45,251 nt of DNA from Acidaminococcaceae bacterium. Lineage in GTDB: Bacteria; Actinomycetota; Coriobacteriia; Coriobacteriales; QAMH01. Made by a program: the position numbers and the translations under genes. Below the pieces are notes generated by a model. It was not told the origin of the DNA. It ran no database searches and saw nothing but the letters and a program-made list of their open reading frames with translations. Below, piece by piece: positions 1 through 7,979 of this stretch; position 1 is the first letter of the stretch, and each line of letters begins with the position of its first letter. The stretch covers positions 1 to 45,251 of the forward strand of contig CAVAWX010000004.1 in the NCBI GenBank assembly GCA_963592385.1. Direction: 5' to 3'.

Positions 1-2994
1 GCCCTGCGGGGCGAACAGGTCGTCTGCCGCGGCGTCGTCTGCGCCGGACGCGTCGGGGCCGCTGGCAGCCGCCGTGCCGGACGGACGCGCGAAGTCGCTC
101 TCGTCGATGCTTTCCGCACCGACCTTGATCGCGGGAAACGACCCCGTGAGCGTGGGGAAGCTCGTGCGCGAAGCCGCGCCGAGCGCGTCGTCTGCCGCGG
201 CGCCCACCACGGGCAGACGGCCGGAAAGCGCGGGCGGCAGGGACTGCTCGAAGCCCTCGTCCTCGCGATCGACCGGTCCGCCCTGCGGCGTGTCCTCGTA
301 GCTGGAATCGACCGCCGCGGCCTGGCGCGACCTCGACAACGCGGCCGCCTGGCGCTCGTCGTCTTTGGGGGCGGTGGTGGGGATGAAGCTCTCGTCGACC
401 TTGCGGCGCGAGGGCTTGCGCTTGTCGGCCTGCGAGCGCAGCTGGCGCTTGGGCTTCGACGACATCTCCTGGCGCGCGCTGCGCCCCTTGGGCTGGCGCT
501 CGTCGCCTGTCTGCGAGGAAGAGCCGATGCTGGGGATGAGCGAGGACAGCCCCTTGAAGAGGCTCTCGCGGCTGTCGTCCTCGTCTTCCTCGACGTCGGT
601 GAAGTCGTCTTCGGCAGGCTCGGCGAACTCCTCTTCGGGAAGCTTCGCCTCGTCGGCGGGCTCGAGCTCCTCGTCTGCCGCGTCGTCCGTCTCGTCTGCG
701 CCGGCTCCTCGCACGCCCGTCTTCTTGGCGCCGTCTTCGGCGTCTCGGGCCTGTGCGTCCGCGTCGGCCTCTTCGGATGCCGCAGCTTTCCCGGGTACCT
801 CCGCCTTCTTCTCGGGCTTCTTTTCGGTCTTCTTTGCGGACGCCTTCGGCTCCGCCTCGCCCGCCTTCTCCGCAGCGGCGGCCCCGGCCTCGTCTTCATC
901 GGAAATGTCAAGGGCGTCGTCGTCGAGCGCCTCGCCCGCCTCGTCGTCGGCACCCACCAGGGCCTTGGCGGATATGACCATGGTCTTTTCCGCAGGGGAG
1001 ACCTCTTCGGTCGCGGCATCGATCGCCGCCTCCTCGGCGTCTGCCGCCTCGGCGCCCTCCTCTTCCGCAGTGTCTATGAGAGACGATATCTCCTGCGTCG
1101 CGTCCGCCGGCGCTGCGTCCGCTTCCTCAGCAGCCGGCACCGCGTCCGCGCGCTCGGCAGCCTGCGCCTCTTTCAGCTCGACCGCATCGCTTTCTGCAGC
1201 CGGCGCTTCCTCGACGGGCTTTGCCTCGGCCGCAGCGGCGGGCGCCTCTTGCGCCGCAGCATCGCCGACGGGGCTCATCTGCGTCGTCTTCTCCGCCACG
1301 TCGACCTCGTCGGCGCCTATCTGCTGCGCGGCTTTCTGCGCCTCAGCCGCAGCTGCGGCGGGAGCCTGGGCATCCGCAGCAGCTGCCGGGGCGCCCGCAG
1401 CGCCCGCAGGTTGCTCTGCAACGTCTACGGCCTCGGCAACAGCCGCCGCCGGCTCTCCGGCCGCAAGCGGCTCGCTTGCCTGGGCCGCAGCGACGAACTG
1501 CGCCACCTGCTGCTCGGCCTGCAGCGTCGCCTCGTCTTCTTCTTCCACCTCGTCTGCCGTGGGCACGTCGGCGAAACGGGAACGCACGCGCTCGCGCTCC
1601 GCAGCCTCGTCCACCTCGGCGAACTCGTCTTCCGCCGCAAGGTCCTTCGCGGCCTTCTTCTTGCCCGCCGTGTACCACGAGGGCAGGTTCGACTTCTTCT
1701 TCGCGCCGCCCGCAGACGACGCCTGCCCGGCGCCCCTGCGTGCCTGCGCGCGTGCCGCCCGCTCCGCAAACGACGGCGCGGCGCTCTGACCCGCCGCCTC
1801 GCCTGCCTGCACGGACGCGCCGGCCGCAGCTTCAGCGCCCATCTGCACCGCAGCGCCCGCGGTAGCTTCACCCGCAGCCGCGCCATCGGCAGCCTCGTGC
1901 GCCTGCGTGCCGCCCGCCATCACGACGGTCTGCCCGGGGTCTGCCCCCGCAGCGCCAGCCAGCACGGCCACATCGCCCGCCTCCTGCATGCCGTCGGCAT
2001 ACTCGAGCGTCGCCCCCTCGGGCACGACGCCCGCGGCATAGGCCTCTTCGGGCGTGTGCACGGCCATGGGCTCCATCGCGGGGGCCTCGCCGAAGGGATT
2101 GCCGGCATCCGCGCCCGCAAAGCCGGCATCCGCATCGCCGGCCGCGCCCGCGGCCGCGTCGGCAGCGGCGGCCGCAGCAGCCACAGCCGCGTCCACATCC
2201 GCACCTTCACCATCGGCCCGCTTCCTCGCCTCGCGCTTCGCACGCTCCGCAGGGTCGAGCAGGCCGCGTGCGGCAGCCAGCATGACGGCCAGGCCGGTCG
2301 CGTTGTCGTTCGCGCCCGACGCGAAGGGCATGAAGCGGTGTGTGATGATATCGACCGCGTCCAGCAAGATGAGCAGGCAGCCGATGATGCCGATGACCCA
2401 CAGCACCGTGTTCACCACGGGCGGCCAGGGCAACGGCAGCACGCGCAGCAGCGCGATCAGCACGAGTGCGGGCATGGTCCAGTTGACGATCTTCTTCAGC
2501 AGGGGCACGTGCTTGACGACATTCGGCGACGCGGACAGCTGGGCGCGGGTCGTGTCGATGTGCGCGACCAGCACGATGCGGCGGCGGCGCTTCTCGCGCG
2601 ACGCGCTTTCGGGCAGGTAGCGCGCGACGACGTTTTGCGAGATGCCGTTCGTGCGCATGCGCCCGAGCAGAGAGTGCCCGCTGTGCTCGCTGTAGTAGAG
2701 GAACCAGCCGACCGCCGTGAGGATGAGGCCGAAGACGAGCAGCGTCGTGCTCATCGTGGTGAAGATGGCCGCGAGCCCCGACACGACGATGCCGACGATG
2801 GAGACGATGAAAGCGACCGTATAGGGCCATTGCGTGCCCGTGGGCGTGGCGAACTCGTCGATGTCCACGTCAAGGCCGAGGTCGATGAGCTCTTGCGCGA
2901 CGTATTGCGCGGCCTGGTTCTCCTCTTCCGTGCTGACGGGGCGCGGGCCGATGCGATCGACGAGCACCTGCACGTGGTCCATAGCTGTAGCCAT
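1..2994 (-). CDS. Partial large membrane protein whose 3' end lies beyond the left edge. It has an M28-peptidase-like N-terminal module with inserted hydrophobic helices, followed by >650 aa of acidic Ala/Glu/Asp/Lys-rich low complexity.
   Basis: Absent from the supplied track because there is no stop in the window. I read lines 1-3000 as triplets from coordinate 1 and found no TTA/CTA/TCA, meaning no minus-strand stop. The first upstream in-frame stop is at 3031-3033. ATG candidates are 3003, 2994 and 2982. GGAGGT at 3004-3009 sits 9 nt from the ATG at 2994. The translation starts MATAMDHVQVLVDRIGPRPVSTEEENQAAQYVAQEL and contains IVLVAHIDT and GANDNATGLAV (M28-type ligand motifs). Third codon positions are strongly G/C-biased. 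Confidence 0.8.
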   Translation of the reverse strand, partial: MATAMDHVQVLVDRIGPRPVSTEEENQAAQYVAQELIDLGLDVDIDEFATPTGTQWPYTVAFIVSIVGIVVSGLAAIFTTMSTTLLVFGLILTAVGWFLYYSEHSGHSLLGRMRTNGISQNVVARYLPESASREKRRRRIVLVAHIDTTRAQLSASPNVVKHVPLLKKIVNWTMPALVLIALLRVLPLPWPPVVNTVLWVIGIIGCLLILLDAVDIITHRFMPFASGANDNATGLAVMLAAARGLLDPAERAKREARKRADGEGADVDAAVAAAAAAADAAAGAAGDADAGFAGADAGNPFGEAPAMEPMAVHTPEEAYAAGVVPEGATLEYADGMQEAGDVAVLAGAAGADPGQTVVMAGGTQAHEAADGAAAGEATAGAAVQMGAEAAAGASVQAGEAAGQSAAPSFAERAARAQARRGAGQASSAGGAKKKSNLPSWYTAGKKKAAKDLAAEDEFAEVDEAAERERVRSRFADVPTADEVEEEDEATLQAEQQVAQFVAAAQASEPLAAGEPAAAVAEAVDVAEQPAGAAGAPAAAADAQAPAAAAAEAQKAAQQIGADEVDVAEKTTQMSPVGDAAAQEAPAAAAEAKPVEEAPAAESDAVELKEAQAAERADAVPAAEEADAAPADATQEISSLIDTAEEEGAEAADAEEAAIDAATEEVSPAEKTMVISAKALVGADDEAGEALDDDALDISDEDEAGAAAAEKAGEAEPKASAKKTEKKPEKKAEVPGKAAASEEADADAQARDAEDGAKKTGVRGAGADETDDAADEELEPADEAKLPEEEFAEPAEDDFTDVEEDEDDSRESLFKGLSSLIPSIGSSSQTGDERQPKGRSARQEMSSKPKRQLRSQADKRKPSRRKVDESFIPTTAPKDDERQAAALSRSRQAAAVDSSYEDTPQGGPVDREDEGFEQSLPPALSGRLPVVGAAADDALGAASRTSFPTLTGSFPAIKVGAESIDESDFARPSGTAAASGPDASGADDAAADDLFAPQG

Positions 2995-3032
2995 GCCGAA
3001 CATACCTCCAGATAGCGAGTCTAAACTGGTTT

Positions 3033-3038
3033 ATTCTA
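3033..3038 (-). promoter_or_regulatory. Candidate -10 box (TAGAAT) for the M28-like gene
   Basis: TAGAAT on the minus strand, in the only AT-rich patch (3010-3060) upstream of the start codon. No clear -35 box. Confidence 0.3.
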
Positions 3039-3210
3039 TCCTAATGTCGCGTACCCGTGTGGACGTGGCGTGAACATGCTCGATGAACGCCAGCACGCAA
3101 CGCGACGGCAAGCGAAGGCCGGCGGCGAAACAACGGGGCGAACAGGACGAGTGCCGCAGCTGCAAGCCGCATATGGTGAAAGGGAGCAGCGCAGGCACGC
3201 GACCTAGGCG

Positions 3211-3247
3211 AAATGCAAAGAGGGTCGCCCGCAGCGGGGCGACCCTC
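3211..3247 (-). terminator. Rho-independent terminator after tRNA-Thr
   Basis: Perfect 11-bp stem (GAGGGTCGCCC at 3220-3230 pairs with GGGCGACCCTC at 3237-3247) and a 6-nt loop. On the minus strand it is followed by TTTGCATTT. It begins 9 nt after the tRNA 3' end. Confidence 0.75.
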
Positions 3248-3256
3248 GAACATCCA

Positions 3257-3332
3257 TGGTGCCGTCGCAGAGACTCGAACTCTGGACCCCCGCTTTACGA
3301 GAGCGGTGCTCTACCAGCTGAGCTACAACGGC
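3257..3332 (-). tRNA. tRNA-Thr (anticodon CGT), CCA encoded
   Basis: Manual cloverleaf of 76 nt. Acceptor GCCGTTG/CGACGGC, D arm GCTC-AGCTGGTA-GAGC, anticodon arm CCGCT-CTCGTAA-AGCGG, T arm CAGAG-TTCGAGT-CTCTG, discriminator A plus CCA. Confidence 0.93.
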
Positions 3333-3390
3333 ACGAAACGCGGCTGCGGGCGGGCGGCCGAAGCCGAAACGCCGCGCGGCGCGAAGAAAG

Positions 3391-3396
3391 AGTATA
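3391..3396 (-). promoter_or_regulatory. Candidate -10 box (TATACT) for tRNA-Thr
   Basis: TATACT on the minus strand, about 60 nt upstream of the tRNA 5' end. No convincing -35 box. Confidence 0.3.
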
Positions 3397-3551
3397 GCGG
3401 ATTGTGCGGCCTGTGCGCGGACAAAGTTGCAACCGCTTCAAACTCGCCGCGCCGGCTGGCGTTGCGACAGCTCGCTGGCGTCGCACGGCGTCGCGGCACG
3501 ACGTACAGGCACCGGAGCCACACAACCACGCTCCGCGAAAAGGCCCGCCCC

Positions 3552-4253
3552 TCAGCGTTGCGGCAGCTCGGAAACGCGCCCGCAGACGATGGCGTCCACG
3601 ACGCGCGGGTACCACTCGTGCTCGGCCGCGTGGATGCGCTCCTCGAGCTCGCCTAAGGTGTCGCCGGGCAGGATCGGCACCTCGTGCTGGAACACGATCG
3701 GCCCTTCGTCGTAGTTCTCGTTCGCGAAGTGGATGGTGATGCCCGTGACCTCGTCGCCTGCCTCGTAGGCGTCGCGTATGGCGTGCGCCCCCTTGTGGCG
3801 CGGCAGCAGCGCGGGATGCAGGTTCACCACGCGGTTCGGAAACGCGTCGAGCAGCACGGGGGTGACTTTGCGCATGTAGCCGGCCATGACCACGTACTCG
3901 ACGCCGCGCTCGTGCAGCTCCGCGACGATGCGCGCGTCCACGCCTGGCGCATCCGCGTAGTCGTCCGGGGTGAAGACGAGCGTCTCGATGCCCGCCGCAT
4001 GCGCGCGCTCGATGCCGTAGGCCTGCGGGTTGCTGGCCACGACCAGCGCGATGTCGGCGTGCAGGCGCCCGGCCGCCTGCTCGTCCATGAGCGCCTGGAG
4101 GTTCGTGCCGGAGCCGGAGACGAAGACGGCGATGCGGGTGAAGGGGGGCGTCGCGGCCCCGTCAGGCGTCGCGGCCCCGTCGGACGTCGCGGCCCCGCCG
4201 CAGGCCGCCGCCGCATCACGGGCCGCGCCCGCGCCGTTTCCTTTATCCGCCAT
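3552..4253 (-). CDS. purN: Phosphoribosylglycinamide formyltransferase (PurN) with a 38-aa low-complexity N-terminal extension
   Basis: This is the C-terminal 233 aa of track ORF 3552..5651. Motifs: RIAVFVSGSGTNLQAL, NLHPALLPRHKG, ITIHFANENYDEGPI. The ATG at 4253 overlaps the purM stop (TGATG). No alternative start codon lies before the conserved core. Confidence 0.9.
   Translation of the reverse strand: MADKGNGAGAARDAAAACGGAATSDGAATPDGAATPPFTRIAVFVSGSGTNLQALMDEQAAGRLHADIALVVASNPQAYGIERAHAAGIETLVFTPDDYADAPGVDARIVAELHERGVEYVVMAGYMRKVTPVLLDAFPNRVVNLHPALLPRHKGAHAIRDAYEAGDEVTGITIHFANENYDEGPIVFQHEVPILPGDTLGELEERIHAAEHEWYPRVVDAIVCGRVSELPQR
4147..4200 (-). repeat. In-frame 18-nt tandem repeat, 3 copies, inside the purN N-terminal extension
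   Basis: The plus-strand units are GGCGTCGCGGCCCCGTCA, GGCGTCGCGGCCCCGTCG and GACGTCGCGGCCCCGCCG. They encode GGAATS-DGAATP-DGAATP. Confidence 0.85.
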
Positions 4254-5305
4254 CACGCGTACACCACCTTGCCGCTGCCAAACACCACGCGCCCCATCTC
4301 GTACACCGTCTGGCCGCAGCGCTCGAGCTGCGCGCGCACCTCGCCGGCCGCGTCCGCGTCGCACACGACGCACATGCCGACGCCCATGTTGAAGGTCGTG
4401 AGCGCCTCGTCGCGCGAAAGCTGCGCCCGTTTCACCACGAAGTCGATGACGGGCGGGCATTCCCAGGAGCCGAGCTGCACCTGCGCGTCGAGCGTCGACG
4501 GCAGGGCGCGGTTGAGGTTTTCGGTGATGCCGCCGCCGGTGATGTGGGCGCAGGCGTGGACGGGCAGGCCCGCGCGCAGCAGCTCCAGCACCGGCTTCAC
4601 GTAGATGCGCGTCGGGGCGAGCAGCGCCTTGAGCAGGCTCGCGCCGCCCAGCTCGGCCTGCGGCTCGTCCAGCTCGGCGCGGTCCATGCGCTCGACCACG
4701 GCGCGGCGCACGAGCGAGAAACCGTTGGAGTGCACGCCGGTGCTGGCCAGCCCCAGAATGCAGTCGCCCTCGCGCACGAGGGCAGGCCCTATCATCTTCG
4801 GGCGGTCCACCAGCCCGACGCAAAAGCCGGACAGGTCGTAGTCGCCGGCCGGCATGACGCCCGGGTGCTCGGCCATCTCGCCGCCCACGAGCGCACATCC
4901 GGCCTGGCGGCAGCCCTCGGCCACGCCGCCCACGATCTGGGCCATCTGGGCGCTGTCGAGCTTGCCCACGGCCACGTAGTCGAGGAAGAACAGGGGCTCG
5001 GCGCCGCAGGCGAGCACGTCGTTGGCGCACATGGCCACGAGGTCGATGCCCACCGTGTCGTGGCGGCCGGCCATCTGCGCGAGCACCAGCTTCGTGCCCA
5101 CGCCGTCGGTGCCGGAGACGAGCACGGGGTCGGCCATGTCCTTTGCCGCCGCAGCGGAAAACAGCCCGCCGAAGCCGCCGATGTCGCCGATGACCTCGGG
5201 CCGGCGCGTCGAGGCGACGGCGTCGCGTATGGCGTCGACCGCGCGCGCGCCCTCGTCGATGTCCACGCCCGCGTCTTTGTAGGAAACGTGCTCGTCTGCG
5301 CTCAT
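4253..5305 (-). CDS. purM: Phosphoribosylformylglycinamidine cyclo-ligase (AIR synthetase, PurM)
   Basis: 350-aa ORF. Motifs: YKDAGVDIDEG, GGFGGLF, DGVGTKL, GGEMAEHPG, AHITGGG. Confidence 0.95.
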   Translation of the reverse strand: MSADEHVSYKDAGVDIDEGARAVDAIRDAVASTRRPEVIGDIGGFGGLFSAAAAKDMADPVLVSGTDGVGTKLVLAQMAGRHDTVGIDLVAMCANDVLACGAEPLFFLDYVAVGKLDSAQMAQIVGGVAEGCRQAGCALVGGEMAEHPGVMPAGDYDLSGFCVGLVDRPKMIGPALVREGDCILGLASTGVHSNGFSLVRRAVVERMDRAELDEPQAELGGASLLKALLAPTRIYVKPVLELLRAGLPVHACAHITGGGITENLNRALPSTLDAQVQLGSWECPPVIDFVVKRAQLSRDEALTTFNMGVGMCVVCDADAAGEVRAQLERCGQTVYEMGRVVFGSGKVVYA

Positions 5306-5362
5306 GTGCGCCCCTCTCTTCCGTCGTGCCGCCGTCGTGCGGCCAGGTCCGCCGCGGCCTGC

Positions 5363-6997
5363 CTAGTCGAGAAACACCGGGCGGGCGTCTGCCGAGAAAC
5401 TGCCCGTGCAGAACCGCTCGGGGATGCGCACGGGATAGCGCCCGGAGAAGCAGGCCATGCAAAAGCCCGCCTCCTCGCCCGCACGCGCGCCGTCCTCGGG
5501 GTCGGCGCCCCCGGCCGCCGCGCCGCCGCCCGGGCCGCGCACCGCCTCGCCTGCCGCGCCGCGCATGCACACGGCCTTCACCAAACCACCCAGGCTGATG
5601 TAGGCAAGCGAGTCCGCGCCCACCATCTCGCGCACTTCCTCCACGCTGCAACGCGCCGCGACCAGCTCGTCTTGCACCGCCGTGTCAACGCCGTAGAAGC
5701 ACGGCCACGCGGTGGGCGGGCTGACGATGCGCAGGTGCACCTCGGCCGCGCCCGCGTCGCGCAACATCTGCACGAGCTGCTTGGAGGTGTTGCCGCGCAC
5801 GATGCTGTCGTCGATGACCACGAGGCGCCTGCCCTCGATGGCCGCGCGCATGGGGTTGAGCTTCAGACGTATGCCCATCTGGCGCAGCTCCTGCGTGGGC
5901 TGGATGAAGGTGCGGCCCACGTAGCGGTTCTTCACGATGCCCTCGGCATACGGGATGCCGCTCTCGCGCGAAAAGCCGATGGCGCCGGGCACGCCGCTGT
6001 CGGGCACGCCGATGCAGATGTCGGCGTCTGCCGGGGCCTCGGCGGCCAGCACGCGCCCCATCCACACGCGCGACTGATACACCGTCGTGCCGTTGAAGAT
6101 GCTGTCCGGCCGCGCGAAGTAGACCTGCTCGAAGATGCACGACGCCGGCTTTCGCGCGGGAACGCCCTGCTCGCACACGAGGCCCTCGCCGTTCAGGCGC
6201 ACTATCTCGCCCGGGGCCACGTCGCGCACGTAGCTCGCGCCGGCGATGTCCAGGCCGCAGGTCTCGCTGGCCACGCACCAGCCGCCGTCGGCCATGCGCC
6301 CTATGCACAGCGGGCGTATACCGTGGGGGTCGCGGAAGGCGTAGAGGGCCTCGCGGGTGATGAGGACCATCGCGTAGGCGCCCTCGACCATCTGCATCGT
6401 GTGCCTGATGCCCTCGCGCAGGTGGTGGGTCTGCTCGGTGTAGTAGCCGATGAGCTTGGCCGCGACCTCGCTGTCGGTGGCGCTGCGAAACGAGACGCCG
6501 CGCTCGATCAGCTCGACGCGCAGGTGCGAGGTGTTCACCAGCGTGCCGTTGTGCGCGACGGCGATAATCTCCTCGCCGATGGCGGACAGGTGCGGCTGGG
6601 CGGCCTCCCACGAGCCGGCGCCCCCGCTGGTCGAGTAGCGCGCGTGCCCTATGGCCACCTGCCCGGACAGCGCCGCGAAATCGCTTTCGGAGAAGACGCG
6701 CGTGACGAGGCCGAGGTCCTTTTTCACCATGACGGTCTCGCCGTCGCCGGCCGCGATGCCCGCCGACTCCTGGCCGCGGTGCTGCAGGGCCTGCAGGCCG
6801 AAGTAGGTGATGCGGGCGGCGTCGCCCTTGGGCGCCCACACGCCGAAGACCGCGCACTCGTCTTTGGGGGAGTCGTCGTCGACGGTGAAATCTCGGTCCG
6901 CTGCGGCGCCCGGGCACGGCGCGCAGCCTCGGCCCGCCCCGGCGTCCGGGCGCGGCGCGAAACCCGAGGCGCCCTTGGAAACGTCGTCGTCGCGCAT
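5363..6997 (-). CDS. purF: Amidophosphoribosyltransferase (PurF), with a propeptide before the nucleophile Cys
   Basis: 544-aa ORF. Motifs: ECAVFGVWAP, LQHRGQESAGIA, AIGHARYSTSG, VIDDSIVRGNTS. C-terminal Cys residues are consistent with a 4Fe-4S type PurF. Confidence 0.93.
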   Translation of the reverse strand: MRDDDVSKGASGFAPRPDAGAGRGCAPCPGAAADRDFTVDDDSPKDECAVFGVWAPKGDAARITYFGLQALQHRGQESAGIAAGDGETVMVKKDLGLVTRVFSESDFAALSGQVAIGHARYSTSGGAGSWEAAQPHLSAIGEEIIAVAHNGTLVNTSHLRVELIERGVSFRSATDSEVAAKLIGYYTEQTHHLREGIRHTMQMVEGAYAMVLITREALYAFRDPHGIRPLCIGRMADGGWCVASETCGLDIAGASYVRDVAPGEIVRLNGEGLVCEQGVPARKPASCIFEQVYFARPDSIFNGTTVYQSRVWMGRVLAAEAPADADICIGVPDSGVPGAIGFSRESGIPYAEGIVKNRYVGRTFIQPTQELRQMGIRLKLNPMRAAIEGRRLVVIDDSIVRGNTSKQLVQMLRDAGAAEVHLRIVSPPTAWPCFYGVDTAVQDELVAARCSVEEVREMVGADSLAYISLGGLVKAVCMRGAAGEAVRGPGGGAAAGGADPEDGARAGEEAGFCMACFSGRYPVRIPERFCTGSFSADARPVFLD

Positions 6998-7005
6998 GAC
7001 GCGCC

Positions 7006-7728
7006 CTAAAACCCGATCGCCTTCTTGAAGGCGGAGACGCGGCGGCGCGAGACGGGAATCTTCTGCCCCTCGTCCTCGCCCGAGATGGCGATCTCCAGGG
7101 TGCCGCCGTTGACGGGGACGACCTCCTTCACGAAGGCGAGATTGACCAGGTAGCGCCTGTGCACGCGGAAAAACCCGAGCGGCTCGAGCTTCTCTTCGAG
7201 CTGGGCCAGCGACGTGGTGGACAGGTAGCGCTCGTCGTTGCTGGTGTGGATGTAGGAGTAGTCCTCCTTGGCCATGATGTAGCGGATCTTGTCCGCCGAA
7301 ATCAAGAGCTTGCGCCCGCCCTTCTCCACGGGGATGCGCTCGCCGGACGTGGAGCGGCCCTGCGCGGCGATCAGCTGGCGCACCTTGTTGATGGCCTGCT
7401 GCAGGCGCTCGGTCTCGACCGGCTTGACCAGGTAGTCCGTCGCGTTCACCTCGAAGGCCTTGACCGCGTACTCGCTGTAGGCGGTGACGAAGACGATGTA
7501 GGGCGGGTACTTGAGGGTGCGCAGCGCCTCGGCCAGCTGCAGGCCGTTCGCGCCCGGCATGTCCACGTCGAGGAACATGATGTCGGCGCCCGATTCCTTG
7601 AGCTTCTCTATAGCCTCGCGCACGTTCGCCGCTTCGGCCGCGACCTCGACCTGCCCGGTCTCGCCCAGAAGGAAGCGCAATTCGGAGCGCGCAGGTGCCT
7701 CGTCGTCGACGATGATGGCTTTGAGCAT
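7006..7728 (-). CDS. Response regulator with a receiver domain and a LytTR DNA-binding domain
   Basis: 240-aa ORF. Receiver motifs: IIVDDE, FLDVDMPG, DYLVKP. The C-terminal LytTR-like region includes IRYIMAKEDYSYIHT and FFRVHRRYLVNL. The stop lies 8 nt before the purF ATG. Confidence 0.88.
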   Translation of the reverse strand: MLKAIIVDDEAPARSELRFLLGETGQVEVAAEAANVREAIEKLKESGADIMFLDVDMPGANGLQLAEALRTLKYPPYIVFVTAYSEYAVKAFEVNATDYLVKPVETERLQQAINKVRQLIAAQGRSTSGERIPVEKGGRKLLISADKIRYIMAKEDYSYIHTSNDERYLSTTSLAQLEEKLEPLGFFRVHRRYLVNLAFVKEVVPVNGGTLEIAISGEDEGQKIPVSRRRVSAFKKAIGF

Positions 7729-7767
7729 GCTATGACTCCCGTCGAAAATACCCGTACAACTGGCTGC

Positions 7768-7776
7768 ATCATACCA
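7768..7776 (-). promoter_or_regulatory. Candidate extended -10 promoter (TGGTATGAT) for the response-regulator/purFMN unit
   Basis: TGnTATGAT-type element on the minus strand, about 40 nt upstream of the regulator ATG at 7728. Confidence 0.4.
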
Positions 7777-7979
7777 TCAAATGCGAGGATGCCGTGGCAA
7801 TCCCCACAATGCGGACAAAGCGAAGGTCGCGGGGGCGGCGCGGGGGCGGCGCGGCGCCGGGGGCATGCGGTCGCGAAGGCGGCGCGGGGTCGAGCGCGGC
7901 GCGAAGGGCGAGGGGCGAAAGGGGATATCCCGCGCGTCGGTCGCGCGCCGGTCCCGCGCGCCCCTGCCCCCGCGCGCCC

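Noticed and set aside
365-3015. Plus-strand ORFs 365..1789 (Ser/Ala-rich) and 1249..3015, and minus-strand ORFs 1343..1678, 1425..1886, 1920..2243 and 2207..2830.
   Set aside because: All overlap the open minus-strand frame ending at coordinate 1. That frame has M28 motifs, TM helices and a strong G/C third-position bias. The listed ORFs translate to homopolymer-like or Arg-rich strings.
4254-5651. The upstream 466 aa of track ORF 3552..5651, fused to purN.
   Set aside because: It is an Arg/Gly-rich read-through in a frame overlapping purM. The real purN starts at the ATG at 4253, which overlaps the purM stop.
6860-6997. The unusually long (46-aa) N-terminal leader before the PurF nucleophile Cys, as a possible mis-start or novelty.
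   Set aside because: There is no internal ATG, GTG or TTG in frame before the Cys. As far as I recall, actinobacterial PurF proteins commonly carry propeptides of tens of residues. I treat it as ordinary.
7729-7979. A purine riboswitch or PurR operator upstream of the regulator-purFMN unit. Also GC-rich tandem words (GCGGGGGCGGC twice at 7829-7850, CCCGCGCGCCCCT twice at 7957-7982) and the GGGGATATCCCC palindrome.
   Set aside because: I recognised no riboswitch-like conserved core. The GC-rich words sit directly after the purA stop and are most simply terminator or low-complexity sequence.
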